From: Octopus sinensis
Taxonomy: Eukaryota
DNA: 64,000 nt
Direction of reading: 5' to 3'
Assembly (NCBI RefSeq): GCF_006345805.1
Contig: NC_042998.1
Coordinates: forward strand, 172,608,001 to 172,672,000
The position numbers and the translations under genes were made by a program. Shown here piece after piece: positions 14,060 to 27,525 of this stretch (its first letter is position 1; each line of letters opens with the position of its first letter). The notes beneath the pieces were generated by a model, which ran no database searches, was not told the DNA's origin, and worked only from the letters and a program-made list of their open reading frames with translations.

Positions 14060-14795
14060 AAGCCGTTCTTTTTTCTGCTTAGAAATAAGAACCACTTTGC
14101 TCGCTCGACATCAGGTTTCTTGTGAAGACAAACAAATTGCTTTAGCGCATCGTCACCAGCGACAAAAAATGACGTCTTTACACCAATATGAAGCGGAGGA
14201 AATAATAGCTGAATCCCGACAAACAGTGAAGACCTCGAGCTAAGTCTGAGCTGTATCCAATGATTTGTGTTTGGTAAGATTGGGAGGAGATAATCCACTA
14301 CGAAATGCTTGAAAATAAGATCACGCTCAATTTACGTTCAGTAACTGCACCGGCTCAAAGAGGAACTCCAACTGAAACGACCTGATCATCGATATGGCGT
14401 GCTTGTTCAACATGACAATGCTCGTCCCCACCCTTCACGCCACTAACTTGACCAAAAATGCTATTCAAGAGGTCAGTTGCGATGTTCTATCGCACCTGCC
14501 AGATTCTCCTGATACAGCAGATTCACACTTTCACAACTTTTTCCGTCTCTCTCCAACCGTCTGCAAATCGATCGTTCAATATTGATGTAGAGCTGAAGAC
14601 GGTTAGATGAATTCTACTAGTCAATATCTGGTGATCTATATTGCCAGGGCTTTGACAAACTAGTAGAACGTTGGCTAGAAGTCGTGAACAATGAAGAAGA
14701 GTATATTATTGATTCATTTTAAAAATTTATTGATAAAAAATAAGGATTAAAATAAGTAGAAAAAAGTCCCAACAAATTTTTACGACAGCCCAATA
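14060..14795 (+). mobile_element. Decayed mariner, 3' two-thirds
   Basis: RIVTSDKK (~14148), LVQHDNARPH (~14400), SHLPDSPD, GFDKLVERWLEVVNNEEEYIID (~14648-14712), TIR-like end ...CAGCCCAATA. Confidence 0.85.
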
Positions 14796-15752
14796 TTTAG
14801 GCTTATTTGTTTTTTTCTTTTTACTTGCTACTGAACTCCAGGTCAGGTCAACTCTGTTCACGTCCTTTGTTAAATACAGTATATATACAACTACGTTACT
14901 CAATGTATCTTCCTCATTTAAGTGTGACTCGAGTGAAATTTGTCTGCGACTTCTAGTAGGCCGAGCTTTCACGAGATGTCTAACTAGTTAGAAAATGTAA
15001 AGAATTGACCTTTCCTTCAAGTGCATAGTCATTAATCATGAAAAGACAGCAAATAACTTCTCAACATAGTTGCTTTCATTGAATTCGTAACTTATTTTCA
15101 TATTTTATTTATTTTTTTATTTTATCTAGTTTCAGCTCACGAGCTGTGGCCATGCTGGGGCACAAATGTATATACTAAATTAGCTTTCTTTTGTAACAGG
15201 AAACGTAATAGCCACGAATTAATGGCAACTAAACAAAAATACATTACTAGGATGAGGCAAATTTTGTTGATCCTACAATGAAGTGATGAAAAAAATAACA
15301 GTTGGATTTGAAATTAGATGTCTTTACGAAATTAAGTTGCAATTTAATCGATTTTAATCATGACTTCATACAGACGCACAAAACCAAGCTATGTGTATAT
15401 TCGATTGAATTTTAACTCCAGTGTAGACGGGTACACATTTTACAGACCTCAGTGGGAGGAAGGAAAATTGAACTTGTCATAATCTTATATTATAAAGAAT
15501 CGAAACTACATAGTGTAAAACTTTAATTTAGATGGCGGGTTATATGATATAAAGGACATTCATAAGTAAGACGTCATCACATTTTATGTCAAAAGGAAAT
15601 AAGATTGTTGATATTGAATAATAAATTGTAGTCTAAGCAATGATTTATCGGTCATCTTTGTACGTTTTGTGTCGATAAAATGAAAAACAACTTGCAACTT
15701 TAAACATTTAAAGTTCTGAAACTTCCAAAAGAACCAAATTAATTCTATTCTG

Positions 15753-16203
15753 GGATCTTTTCGGTTTGAACGGCAGTTTTTAACATAATTTCTAGGTAAC
15801 TAAAAAATTTTAAACTTCGTATACTAGTAGAATGTGTTTATAAAACATCTTTTTCTCTTTGCTTTATTGAGAAAATTTTATAGTTTGTAAGATATTTGTT
15901 GTTCTTTATTTTGCAATTTCTGCAATTTCAGCCAATCAAATACGTCTACTGAGGTAAAAAAAACATTCTGTGCCGTATGAATATGTCCCTCGTTTAAGAA
16001 ACAGATTGGGTTTATTTACATTTCTGAAGAAAAAAAAGATACCCTTCTCCCCACCCCTAACCCTAACCCTAACCCTAACCCTAACTCTAACCCTAACCCT
16101 AAAACAGATTGAAATGCAATAGATCGATATAAGGGTCATAATTATGGGTGACAATTTCATATGACACCGCTAGAAAAAACTGCCGTTCAAACCGAAAAGA
16201 TCC
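15753..16203. mobile_element. MITE copy 2: 451 bp, 29-bp perfect TIRs, 8-bp TSD, internal (CCCTAA)8; Merlin-like by termini
   Basis: TIR GGATCTTTTCGGTTTGAACGGCAGTTTTT; TSD CTATTCTG at 15745-15752 and 16204-16211. GG termini with 8-bp TSD fit Merlin (inference). Confidence 0.92.
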
Positions 16204-17184
16204 CTATTCTGCTTAGTGCCAGCGCAATAGGTTTAAAATTGTGGCTTTTATCAAATTAGTATGTGATGTGTTTTTGATTCACTATTAAAGACACTTCTCT
16301 TCACTTATACCAATAATAATTAGACTTTAAGAAACACATAAATGCTACACTTTCCAATTTCTCTTCTTCTAAGTAGCAAATAAGGTTTTGCGCTATGTCA
16401 AAATAACTTGTATAACGTCCCTAAAGTCTTGCTGTGTCTAAAGAGAGTCAGTATGCACTGACTCAATTCCACTCCTTTATTATTAGTAAATTGGTTAAAT
16501 ATCTAACTAACTAATCGATCGCTTGTTTAATTTGGTTAAACAGTAAATCATTTGTTTTGTTTCTTTTTGTCTGACAACCCAATATTTCGTTGCTACTTGC
16601 AACCTTTTCAATGACTTTTGACTTCGTCCGCTACGGAAGCCGCGTTTGTCTGCTTGAGACCTTGTTACGTGCGTGTGTGTGCGTTTGCTTGCGTCTGTAT
16701 GTATTTACGTATGTATGTATGAATGTATGTATGTATATATGTATGTATGTATGTATATATGTATGTATATATGTGTGTGTGTGTCTGTGTGCGTACTTCT
16801 GCTTCCTTGTGCGCGCGTGCTTAAGTGTATCTATGCGTACGAGTTTGTATGTGTATGCACTTGGGCCTGTTGTGTAAACATGTGTCTATATATGTGTGTG
16901 TATGCGCGTGTGTGAAGTGTGTGTATAGTCTGTATTTTTGTCTCCTTTTGTGTCTGTATATGTTTTTGTGCGTGTGTGTGTATGTGCGTGTATGTACCTG
17001 CCTGCCTTCCTACCTATCTACCTACCTACCTACCTACCTACCTACCTACCTACCTACCTACATAACCATCTATTTGACTGCCTATTTACGGATGTACCTA
17101 TGTATGTACGCTGTGTAGGTGATATCTGTGGCATTGGGGCATCCCTAACTTCTCGTGTATTTCCTGTTTAGTATGGGTAATGTT

Positions 17185-17560
17185 TCATTTACAAGGACGT
17201 ACTCTTGTATTTGTCTAAGTAATGGGCCTGATGGTGTTTGAACAAAATACGGATGTCAATTCGGCCCAGTGTGCCGCCATGTTGGTCTTTGTCATGTTGA
17301 TAGAGTATGTACGATTGTTTCTCGTCATTATACTCTTTCCAGTGCGCTTCTGGCCTCTCCACTATACTCCTAGAGGTCTCCGCAATGTATGACGTGTGTC
17401 TGTCCTTACAAAGTCTTACCATGCCCCTTATGTAGTTGACTACGGTTCTAGTTTTACAGTTAACACTTGGGCTAAACTTACATACTACACAGTTATCATT
17501 AGTGCATGTGGTATTTTCGAAATGGGTACATCCTACATATTTGTGATCAGCAAACCAGAT
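17185..17560 (-). mobile_element. Degenerate GIY-YIG endonuclease remnant, probably Penelope-like
   Basis: TCTNDNCVVY followed by CKDRHTSYIAETSRSIVERPEAHW (ORF 17189-17422), resembling C..C..YIGET.R....R..EH. Confidence 0.6.
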
Positions 17561-19067
17561 ACAAAAACGATGCCACTTAAGTCAACATTTGAGATAAAAC
17601 TAACATGTAGTTTTTGCCTCAAATTATCAAACGTTACTAAACGTTACGATGCTACTAATTTTGGTTTTGCCTCTTCCTTCATAAATATGCGTATCTTGAG
17701 GTATTCTGTTGCTTATCCTGAGTTTATGAGTTCAAATCCCATGATGTTGTTATCGTCTTTCATACTTTCGGATTCAATAAAATTAGTACCACCGTTAATT
17801 ATAATGGTTCCACATAATGACTTCAAAATGTGTCTGAAAACGTGAGCTGCAAATAATACAAAATTTCTCGCAAGTCCTTATTAATAATGAATATGAAAGC
17901 TTAATGATAGTTGAAAAGTCTCAAGTATGCTGGTACCTCATTTATGTAAGGTCCAATACCTAATCATTTCTATCATCCTTTTGCTTTACCCCTTTAAAAA
18001 AATTAATTTTAACATTAACACAAGGTCATAAATTCCTAGGGCAGCGGTTATCGTCGATTTAATTAATCTCTCGTGTTTAACTAGTACTCAAACTGGAATA
18101 AAGGATAAAACTGGACCTGGTTTAATTTGAACTTAGGTCATAAACTGACTCAGTAAAGTACCTAAACATATTTTATCCTCTATATACGTTTTTAGAGCTA
18201 TAGACTAAATACTACATTGCTAAGCTGAAAGAATGTTTTCTATTGTTTTAGGTGGTCAAACTTTATGTTATCTTTCAAGCAAATTATTTCTACTAATAAC
18301 TATAAGTAGGTACATGAGTTACAGAAACGGTAAAGTATCACTAAATACTTTACAGCATATTCAGTTGAAGTAGTGACCAAGATTAAAAAATACTTTGATC
18401 AATCCGGGTCGGGTCGATAAAATAAATATCTATAATACACTGATATCAATTCCAAAAGCTATAATTTTCCTTTGCAAAATTTCACCTTTGCTTTCTACAA
18501 AGAAATCGACACTTTTTATCTAGTGAGTGCTGCAGTGTAAGCTATAAGTGCTTGTTTAGCTCATGCCGCAGGCACCTTTCCATTATTCTTGACAGCAAGT
18601 TCGCTCAACAATATCGGATTCTATCTTTCATAACGATATAAGCGTCGCAATGTCGCATTTCGCACTTCTCTTAAAGCATCAAGTATTTTGCTATTATTAA
18701 ATAAAAATCAATAAATTTCAGGTATCATAAGGTTTTTATTAGCGGTTGTCGAGTTGGTTGAGGCAGTAAAACGTCGGTTTCAAAGTTTTTCATTATTCGA
18801 TTATCTCGTTGATACCAAGTTCAAATCCTATCTGATCAACTTTCATTTTCACCTCTTTAGGTTAGCTAAAAAGAATGAATGGCAAACCTACTGGAATTAT
18901 TGCAGTCAATTTTGCCCTATATTACGGGAACGTCTTATAGAAATTAATATTTTCATATATTTATTTGGTTTCTTGAAAACTGAACTCAAAATTCGATGTT
19001 TAAATCCAACAAGTATTTATTTTCGGGATAATCCATAGATGCATAAACATCATAATAGTTTATCTGA

Positions 19068-19102
<35 letters not shown>

Positions 19103-21069
19103 CAGCTGTAGTTATTTACTTATGATAAATATGACCCTTCATAAGAGCATACATCTGAGCTGTATTATGCTAATTTTGCTCTGAAACAAATTAAGTGATG
19201 AATAAAATGCTGAATCAGTTGGCGATGCTGAAGTGGCAGAAAATGAAACATCAGTCTCACTTCAACTACAATAATAGCCCAAAAAACATCAGCAACAACA
19301 GCAGCAGCAGCAACAACGTGGGCAGTGACACCCCACCCCCACTAGCACCCTCCCCACCACCAACAATAACAAAAACAACTACAACGCATTTGATTACTTT
19401 TGTGCCTGTTGCAAATTTCGAAAGAAAGAAAATGGTTATTGCTGAGATGTATAAACATGAACACTTCAAGAACTGGACGATCAAGCTTAAAGTGTAAGAA
19501 TAAAAAAAAACCCACAACAACATATAACAAGTAAAAAGGAACACGTCTCCAATTTAGATGGTTTTATAGTTTTGAACAAAACTCCACAAATCACATTGTT
19601 TTTAACCTGTAAAATAAAGAGGTTTCAATGATATTAACATGAGTTAATAAAACCCGTATTAACTTCTTGTCAGACGAAAGCATTTTTTTTTCCATTCTAC
19701 TCGAAATCTTAGAAGTAACGAGTTAAGCACATGCTTTACAAGTATCAATCATTTTTTCCCTTTAAACTTCATTCGGACTTCGAATTTCATTGGCATTCAG
19801 CTTTCCGTGAACGTGTAGCTATCATTAGACACTTGTGATTAGTGTTCTGGTAGATTAATAGTGTACGCCATTGATATAATACATGTTTCTTTTCTGGATA
19901 AAAGGCAGAAAAAACAACAACAACTACATACGATAACTGAAGCAAGCTCTTCAGTTACAAGACAATTATTGGAAAGGATGAAGAGAAAGTCGAGTGTATA
20001 ATTATACTACATTAAAATACTTACAAAAATACATTGTAGAAACAGCAAGAATATGTTGCCATCATAAAATTACTGAAGATATGTTGAATAGTTTTGTTTG
20101 ATATTCTATATTCATTTGCTAATGAATTATTCAAATTCAAGTCCTGGAAACATTGATATATTTCTGATAGAAAGCTTGTCTTTCAGAAGAGAAAATTTAA
20201 TTGGATGTCAGCTGAAGCTGTAGCGGTAGAAATAAGTGATATATTACAGATTCTTCCAGTCGTCATTAACTGATTAATTAATAAAACCGTTCATTCTTTC
20301 CAGCACAAACGCACACACACACACACACACACACATATCCATCCATCCATCCATCCATCCATTATATATATATACATATGTAAATCTTAGTGTAATAAAC
20401 CAGCAATCGACTGCGTCATTCGAGATAGCTCTCTGTATGTTATTTATTACCTGTTCTACTGCTAATGATGCAAATGTTTTCAAATACTTGAAGAGCCTTT
20501 ATGAACCACTTGGATATATGTGATTTGACGAATTAAACCGAACGTTTGACAAAAATCTCATCAATGTTTAAGCTGATACTTCGTCTCAGGTAACATTTTT
20601 TTCGGAAATTCTGTTCTCCTTTCCAGGATGTACACGCATTGAAGTGCAGATAATTAGGTACACTTTAGCAAATTATTAACAAAATACACAAGATAGTGCG
20701 ATATATCAATTTAGTTCGCTTCTACCCAGTTATTTAAAGCTTAATATTCTATGAGTGCATATAAAAATAATAGGGTGTACCCTAAGTATTCATTTGTAAC
20801 GACTTTCTAGTAATTCAGGAAGGTTTCACAGCAGTTCAGTTGTTTTTATCACTCCTAGTTTTGAGATTAATTGCATTGAGAATACATTCACTGACTATTC
20901 CGAATTCGCTTTTTATGAGGTTGAGCACCATGCGCAGGATATATTGTAAACAATTCAAAATTATTTACGAATGTATCAGTGGCCAGGACATGCAACCAAA
21001 AAATTAATTTTCATAAAAGAAGAATGTATAAATGTGAATAAGTCACAATTATAACGGAAAGGGTTATAA

Positions 21070-21436
21070 AAACCCCTACATGCTTAGAATTAGCAGCCAA
21101 AGCCGCTATAAAGCCACTATAAGCTCATATTATATCTCCTCAACCATATAAGCTGCGACATGACATTAAAATTCAAAACTTAAATAAAAGGTTAGTCCTC
21201 TATTGCAATTTCGAAGTTAGGAACCAAAAGTGGATCCATTCCTCTCGTCGGGAGAACATTCCTGTACAAAGAAATTAACACACACAAAAAAGCATACCTT
21301 GGGGTTTAACATGTGTTCCGATCTGCAAGAATTTTAATATCATGTCGCTCGCCGGCAGCTTTTGTTGTTGAGAAGATATGTGTTTATAGTGGCTTTATAG
21401 CGGTTTTGACTGCTATTTCTAAGCATGTAAGGGTTT
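21070..21436. mobile_element. Foldback/MITE-like element with ~105-bp imperfect terminal inverted repeats
   Basis: 21070-21175 is the reverse complement of 21330-21436 (AAACCCCTACATGCTTAGAATTAGCAGCCAAAGCCGCTATAAAGCCACTATAA versus TTATAGTGGCTTTATAGCGGTTTTGACTGCTATTTCTAAGCATGTAAGGGTTT); no clear TSD. Confidence 0.8.
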
Positions 21437-22389
21437 CTCCGTGCACAAATAGAAAGGACGGATTTACATTTTTATTCAACATACTGTGAGGTTTTACAAT
21501 ATATAAATTTATTTAAATTCTTCTGATTTCTCTTCATACATCACACAAATTTAATGCGTTTTTATTCTGTTTCCTTTCAAGTCTAAGATTTTCATTCCAG
21601 AACAAAAGTTTATCGACATCGCTATCATTTCTCGCAATATTTATCGGTTGCAACAAATATGATTCTTTCAAATCTATACCTTATTCACTTATTTTCCTTC
21701 TTTTCCAGTCAATTTGTGATTCAATATATTCCTTCATAAATTCCATAAGTAAATTTACCTCTAGATGTATACATCTGTTATATATAATTTAAAAAAAAGA
21801 AGCTTTCTGTTTTACGTCCATATATAATTCAAGTTACAGTCACATAAACGTTCTACAATCAATTGTCACACACTACATCAATATAGATACAATTATAGTA
21901 TGAACCGTACCACTTTGTTTCTCATATTCGATAGCTATATATTTTGAAGCCTTAGCTTTGCCCATTTTACGTTTGAAATTATTAGCTGTGAGTTTATACA
22001 TTTTAGTATTTAGATTTTTAATCTCTTTAACCTAGTCGAACAAAAGCCCCACCACGCCACGAAATAACAAAAATAACGGTTTGTCTTCCGGATCATGAAA
22101 CAATGATTCTGCTTTTGAATTTATGATTATCATATATTATTTTATTTGCTTTCTAATTTTTTAAAAAGTTCTGCATGTATAAACTATGGTGTATGATCCC
22201 TTACTATATCGTTGAAAAAAATACTGATGCACCGAGACGATTGTAAAAGCCACACACACCCATGTATATATAAAGCAAGTATAAATATGTGTACACGCAT
22301 TCACACATTTAAACACGCATACACATTCATATAAAGACACATACACACACATTCATATAAAGATACACACACAAGTTTATGCACACATA

Positions 22390-24001
22390 CAGTTGCGGCC
22401 AAAATGTTCAGAACGGCATTGTTTTCGTCAGAAAAGTAGGTATAAGTTTTTATCAAAGTTGTTTTATTTTCTATAATTTTCGCAGACAATAAATACAATA
22501 TTTTGGTGTAATTTGAGAGGATAAATCAAAAGTTATGGATGATTTAGTGATTTACTGCAAAACCCATGGCGGCCAAAATGATCCGAACGGTTGCTTTTAC
22601 TCCGTGTTTTAGTATATTTAACCGGTGAACTCCAATGTTTTGAATTTGTTTACCTGACGGTTCGTTTACTAAACATTAGTAAGAGTATCTGCAGTGTACT
22701 TTGTTAATATAATGCTACTTACTCTGTTACCAATTCGTCAGCAGATTATTAAGCTTCGAAAGAAGGATAATTTAAGTATTGGGTCTATTGCAAAGATTGT
22801 TAACAAGTGAAAAAGTGTTGTTCACGGTATTCTTAAGGTCTACGATGATTGTGGTTCGTGTGAAGCAAGAAAGTTTACAGGTAGGCCAAGAAAAACGACC
22901 AAGAGAGAAGATCGTGCTATGGTAAAGTTGGTTAAAAAGGATAGATTTAAAACTGCTGCTGCTGATTCTTGGGAAATGAGCATTGTACTGAAAAAAACTT
23001 TATTTCGAAAAACTGTGTCTCGTCGTTTAGTTGAACATGACCTACAAGCAAGAGCACCTGCAGTGAAGCCACTGATCAGCTCCAAGAATAAAAAGTGTCG
23101 TCTTACCTTTGCAACCGAACATGTGTTGTGGTCTCAAGAAAAATGGCAAAAGGTGCATTTCGGTGATAAATCTAAGTCTATGTTATTTGGCTCAGATAGG
23201 AAAAGGTACGTTTGTCGAAAAGTAGGTGAAAAATTATCGCCTAAATGCCTTAAGACTAGTGTTAAATTCGGTGGAGGAAGTGTCATGGTTTGGGGGATGA
23301 TATCTGGAGATGGTGTGGACCCTTTGGTGCGATTACATGGAAAGGTAAGTGCAGGAGTTTATAAACAACTTGTAAAAGATCATGTCTTGCCTGTGCTGAG
23401 AAATTCAACTAAGCGATCACCCATATTCATGCAGGACAATGCCCCATGTCACAAGGCTAAGGTGGTCATGAACTTTCTCGAGGCTGAAAAGATTATTGTT
23501 ATGGATTGGCCTGCTCAAAGCCCAGATCTTAATCCTATTGAAAATGTGTGGAATATTCTAGGAGAACGTTCGAAAGCCAGAAATCCTAAAACAACCGAGC
23601 AATTATGGAATGCCCTTCAGGAAGAATGGAATAAGATCACCCAGCAAGAAATTGAAAATTTAATTTCCTCATGCAGTCGAAGATGTCAAAGTGTGATTGA
23701 AGCTAAAGGGTTTCACACTAAATATTAAATAATTCCAGTATTCTCTGTCATTTTTGATTATTTTACTATTTTTTTTCAACCGTTCTGATCATTTTGGCCG
23801 CCATGGGTTTTGCAGTAAATCATTAAATCATCCATAACTTTTGTATTATCCTCTCAAATTACACCAAAATCTCAGACAATAATAATTCATATCTTATTTA
23901 TTGTCTGTGAAAATTATAGATATATAAAACAACTTTGATAAAAACTTATACCTACTTTTCTGACGAAAACAATGCCGTTCTGAACATTTTGGCCGCAACT
24001 G
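22390..24001 (+). mobile_element. Full-length Tc1-family transposon, IR/DR type, 1612 bp
   Basis: Starts CAGTTGCGGCCAAAATG and ends CATTTTGGCCGCAACTG, TA on both sides; ~210-bp TIRs each with outer and inner direct repeat (GCGGCCAAAATGnTCnGAACGG). Confidence 0.97.
22712..23728 (+). pseudogene. Tc1 transposase (DD34E), 338 codons with one in-frame TGA
   Basis: ATG 22712 is in frame with ORF 22919-23728; TGA at 22808-22810; GRPRKTT linker; FGDKS, FMQDNAPCH and SPDLNPIENVW with 34 residues between second D and E. Confidence 0.93.
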
Positions 24002-24029
24002 TATGTGTATATCTGTGTGCTTGAATGTT

Positions 24030-25140
24030 ACGTGTAGACCTTTGACCCTACTCCCAACTTGACACCTCCATACTTCTTCGTTTGGCCGAACTTGTTCTCT
24101 CCTTCAATTGCTTCTCGTTCGCGGGAGATTTTTACCAACGTGTCTCGAGTGTGGCCATGAGAACGAGAATCGGCACCAGCTATGCGAACCTGTTCATTGG
24201 CTACGTTGAGGTAATTCTTACGATTCACTGGGTCCACTCACGAACTATACGGACGGTATATTGATGACTGTATCGGTGCGATCTCACTTTCCCGCGAATA
24301 ACTAGACTCCTTCTTCTATTTTGTTCAATCCTTCCATCCTGCCCTCGAATTCTCCAGCACTATTTCCAACACTTCCGTCGCATTTCTCGACTTCGGTCAA
24401 CATACACCACTCTGCTGTCATTACCTCTATTCACTACAAACACACCGACTCCCACTCATCCCTTAACTTCTCCTACCCCTCTACACACCAAGCTCTCCAT
24501 CCCCTGGTTCTGCAGTGACAACCATGATTTTGAGAAGTCTCAGCTCATGGCTCGCCACTTCATCCTTCGTGGATATCCCCTCACCACTATCTACAAAACC
24601 CTTGCCAGAGCACGTTCCGTGGACCATGCATCTAATCTCTCTCCCTGCACCCGCCCCGCTGTTGCTCGTCTCCCGTTTCCCTTATTTACCACCTCTCTAC
24701 CCTGCCCCTCCAACGCACCATTCTCCGAGCTTTCAGGCGACTCCAGTCCTACCCCTCCACCTTGCACATCTTCCCCAACCTACCCCAAGCTGTCCCTTCA
24801 TTCTTTCAAATAAGCCCACAACATGCATGACCTCATGGTCCATAATTTCTTCCCTAACTCACCTCCTAACCTGGCTCATTCCCCTGCTCCCGCTCATGCT
24901 GATACATTTACTCCTACCTCTCCAACACCACCATCTGGAGGTTCGCGGAGCACCTCCAGGATATCAGATTCGGCAATGAAACGCTGGTCTCGCGCCATTT
25001 CCGCTCTACCGGTCATTCACTACAACACCTGTCTGTGTTCGGATTGTTTTTGCACAGAGGCCATCTGGACTCCTGCCTTCGCTGTGAACATGAATTAATC
25101 TTCTCTCTTGGCTCCTTTGCACCACATGAGCTCAACGTCC
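24030..25140 (+). mobile_element. Degenerate Penelope-like element (RT and GIY-YIG remnants)
   Basis: LAELVLSFNCFSFAGDFYQRVSSVAMRTRIGTSYANLFIGYVE, YGRYIDDCIG, HYKHTDSH, MARHFILRGYP, C-terminal RHFRSTGHSL and APHELNV. Confidence 0.85.
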
Positions 25141-25635
25141 CTCCCCTCTTCATCTGACTCCCCTCCTCTCCTCTCTTCATCTGACATCTACGTTTTCTCT
25201 TCATTGATACTCTCTCCTCCCACACCCAAACCCACATACCCGACCACTACCTCCACATCTCCATCTCGCACCCACATCCCCATCCACACTCACCTCACGC
25301 CCTCCCACACCACTCCACACACTAGCACTGACCACTTCCCAGCACTCACACCACACACCTTCATTCACACACCAATACACCATCATCCACACACCCACAC
25401 ATTACAGACGCACACAAATATGCACACATCCACACGTCAAAGTCACTGGCCCCCATCCATATATTTACACATTCATTCTCATATACACACACGCACGTTT
25501 TGGGATCATCGTTACTTTATTATCTCCCTTTCTTTCTACCTCTCCTGTCAAAGCTTTTTTCTCCCAACCAGTCGCCATGCTTCATCGCTAATTCCACAAG
25601 ATTTAAAAAATTATCTCTGTTTATTTTCAATTATT

Positions 25636-25765
25636 CTTTTCTGCTGAAGAGCGTAGGCACGAAACGTAAAATAATTTCTCACTTTCCCGAGCGTCAAACT
25701 AATACACCTGCTTGTTGTTCATACACGCATCTTCATCTTTTGCTTTTCTGTAAATTTTAACTATA
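25636..25765 (+). mobile_element. PLE pseudo-LTR copy with HHR-like motif
   Basis: CTGCTGAAGAGCGTAGGCACGAAACGTA at 25641-25668, downstream of the PLE body; homologous in inverse orientation to 25845-25976. Confidence 0.7.
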
Positions 25766-25776
25766 TATATATATAT

Positions 25777-25844
<68 letters not shown>

Positions 25845-25845
<1 letters not shown>

Positions 25846-25976
25846 ATTTACGAAAAAATACAAAAAAAGAAAAAAGACGAAGACGGCTGTGTAAACAACA
25901 AACAGATGTATTAGTTTAACGCTTGGGAAGTGAGAAAGTCTTCTACGTTTCGAGCCTACACTCTTCGACAGAAAGG
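25845..25976 (-). mobile_element. Inverted second PLE pseudo-LTR copy with HHR-like motif
   Basis: Minus strand CCTTTCTGTCGAAGAGTGTAGGCTCGAAACGTAGAAGACTTTCTCACTTCCCAAGCGTTAAACTAATACATCTG matches 25636-25765. Confidence 0.7.
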
Positions 25977-26214
25977 AACACAGAAATAAACAAAATATGA
26001 AATAGAAAATAGAAAAATAGAAAAAATAGAAAATGGTTTAGTGGCTACCGACCTATCATGCAGAAAGCAAATATGTACCAAGAAGAGGAACTATAACCGG
26101 CATTAACTACGATTGAGGGTGTTATAAACACCTATATTGCTAGAAATAAGAGCTAAATGCTCTAATGCTGCAGTTAAAGCACATAATTGTACATACATAC
26201 ATACGTACAGCACA

Positions 26215-26277
<63 letters not shown>

Positions 26278-26281
<4 letters not shown>

Positions 26282-26585
26282 TCGTGATCACCGTGACCGA
26301 CCAGGCTATCAGATGTTGCTACACATCGCTGGTCACAATGCGCTTCGCATTGTTTTAGCCTTCAAATAACGCCACCCCGCTGGCTAAGCGAGCAGGATAA
26401 CAGAAGAGTGAGAGAAAGTTGTAGTGAAAGAGTACAGCAGGGATCGCCATCACCTCCTGCAGGAGCCTCGTGGAGCTTTAGGTGTTTTCGCTCAATAAAC
26501 ACTCACAACGCCCTGTCTGGGAATCGAAACCGCGATCCTACGACCGCGAGTCCGCTGCTCTAACACTGGGCCATTGTGCCTCTAC
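26278..26585 (-). mobile_element. tRNA-derived SINE (Arg-like head)
   Basis: Minus strand head TGGCCCAGTGTTAG (A box), GGACTCGCGGTC (TCG anticodon-like), GTTTCGATTCC (B box), followed by a non-tRNA body. Octopus OR-type by recollection. Confidence 0.8.
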
Positions 26586-26586
26586 A

Positions 26587-26652
<66 letters not shown>

Positions 26653-27324
26653 GATTTGTATGATTGTGTATAGAGAGATATATATTATTCAAAGGAATTA
26701 CAACTCGGTTTTTTATGTTTTATTTATATTCTTTATAATATTAATGTAGAATATAGAATATATAGTATAAATATATTAGTATATATAGTAAAATATATAC
26801 ATACATATATATAAGAGCTAAACGCTCTAATACTGCAGTCAAAGCACATAATTGCATACGTACATGCTGAAAAAGATCGTTATCACCAGAAAAATAGGAG
26901 TCGAGATATTTCCAGACTGATCGGTCAGATTCTGCTTTTACCGTAGCTTCTTCAGTCTGTGTGTGTGTATGTACGCGTGTACATATATACATGCAATAAT
27001 ATATAAATATATTATGTAAGTTAGTTAGGGCAAATCCAGTTGTTTCTTTTTCAAACTCACATGCTTATTCCAATATTACAAGCAATGTGTATCCATATTT
27101 GGCGCCGTATTTGAGTCAAAAATACAAATTGAAATTAAGAAATATGGAAAAACTATTTGCAGTGTCAATTTATTGTAAAATAGGAAAATTTTATTACATA
27201 TACGTATGTATGTCATTATTCAGTTTATTTCAAGATTTCTTACCAATAGGGAAAGAACGGCTTTCTAATCTAGATCCAAGGCTCCTTCATTGGAATTTCA
27301 ACATCATCAACAGGGTATTTTATG

Positions 27325-27412
27325 CATGTATGTATGTATGTATGTATGTATGTATGTATGTATGTATGTATGTATGTACGTACGTATGTATGTATGTATG
27401 TATGTATGTATG

Positions 27413-27444
<32 letters not shown>

Positions 27445-27482
27445 TGTATGTATGTATGTACGTACGTACGTATGTATGTATG

Positions 27483-27514
<32 letters not shown>

Positions 27515-27525
27515 TGTATGTATGT
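27325..27525. repeat. (TATG)n microsatellite
   Basis: Direct reading. Confidence 0.95.

Noticed and set aside
17396-17845. 149-aa plus-strand ORF, likewise 37300-37614 and 40418-40741
   Set aside because: Antisense shadows of transposon remnants on the opposite strand.
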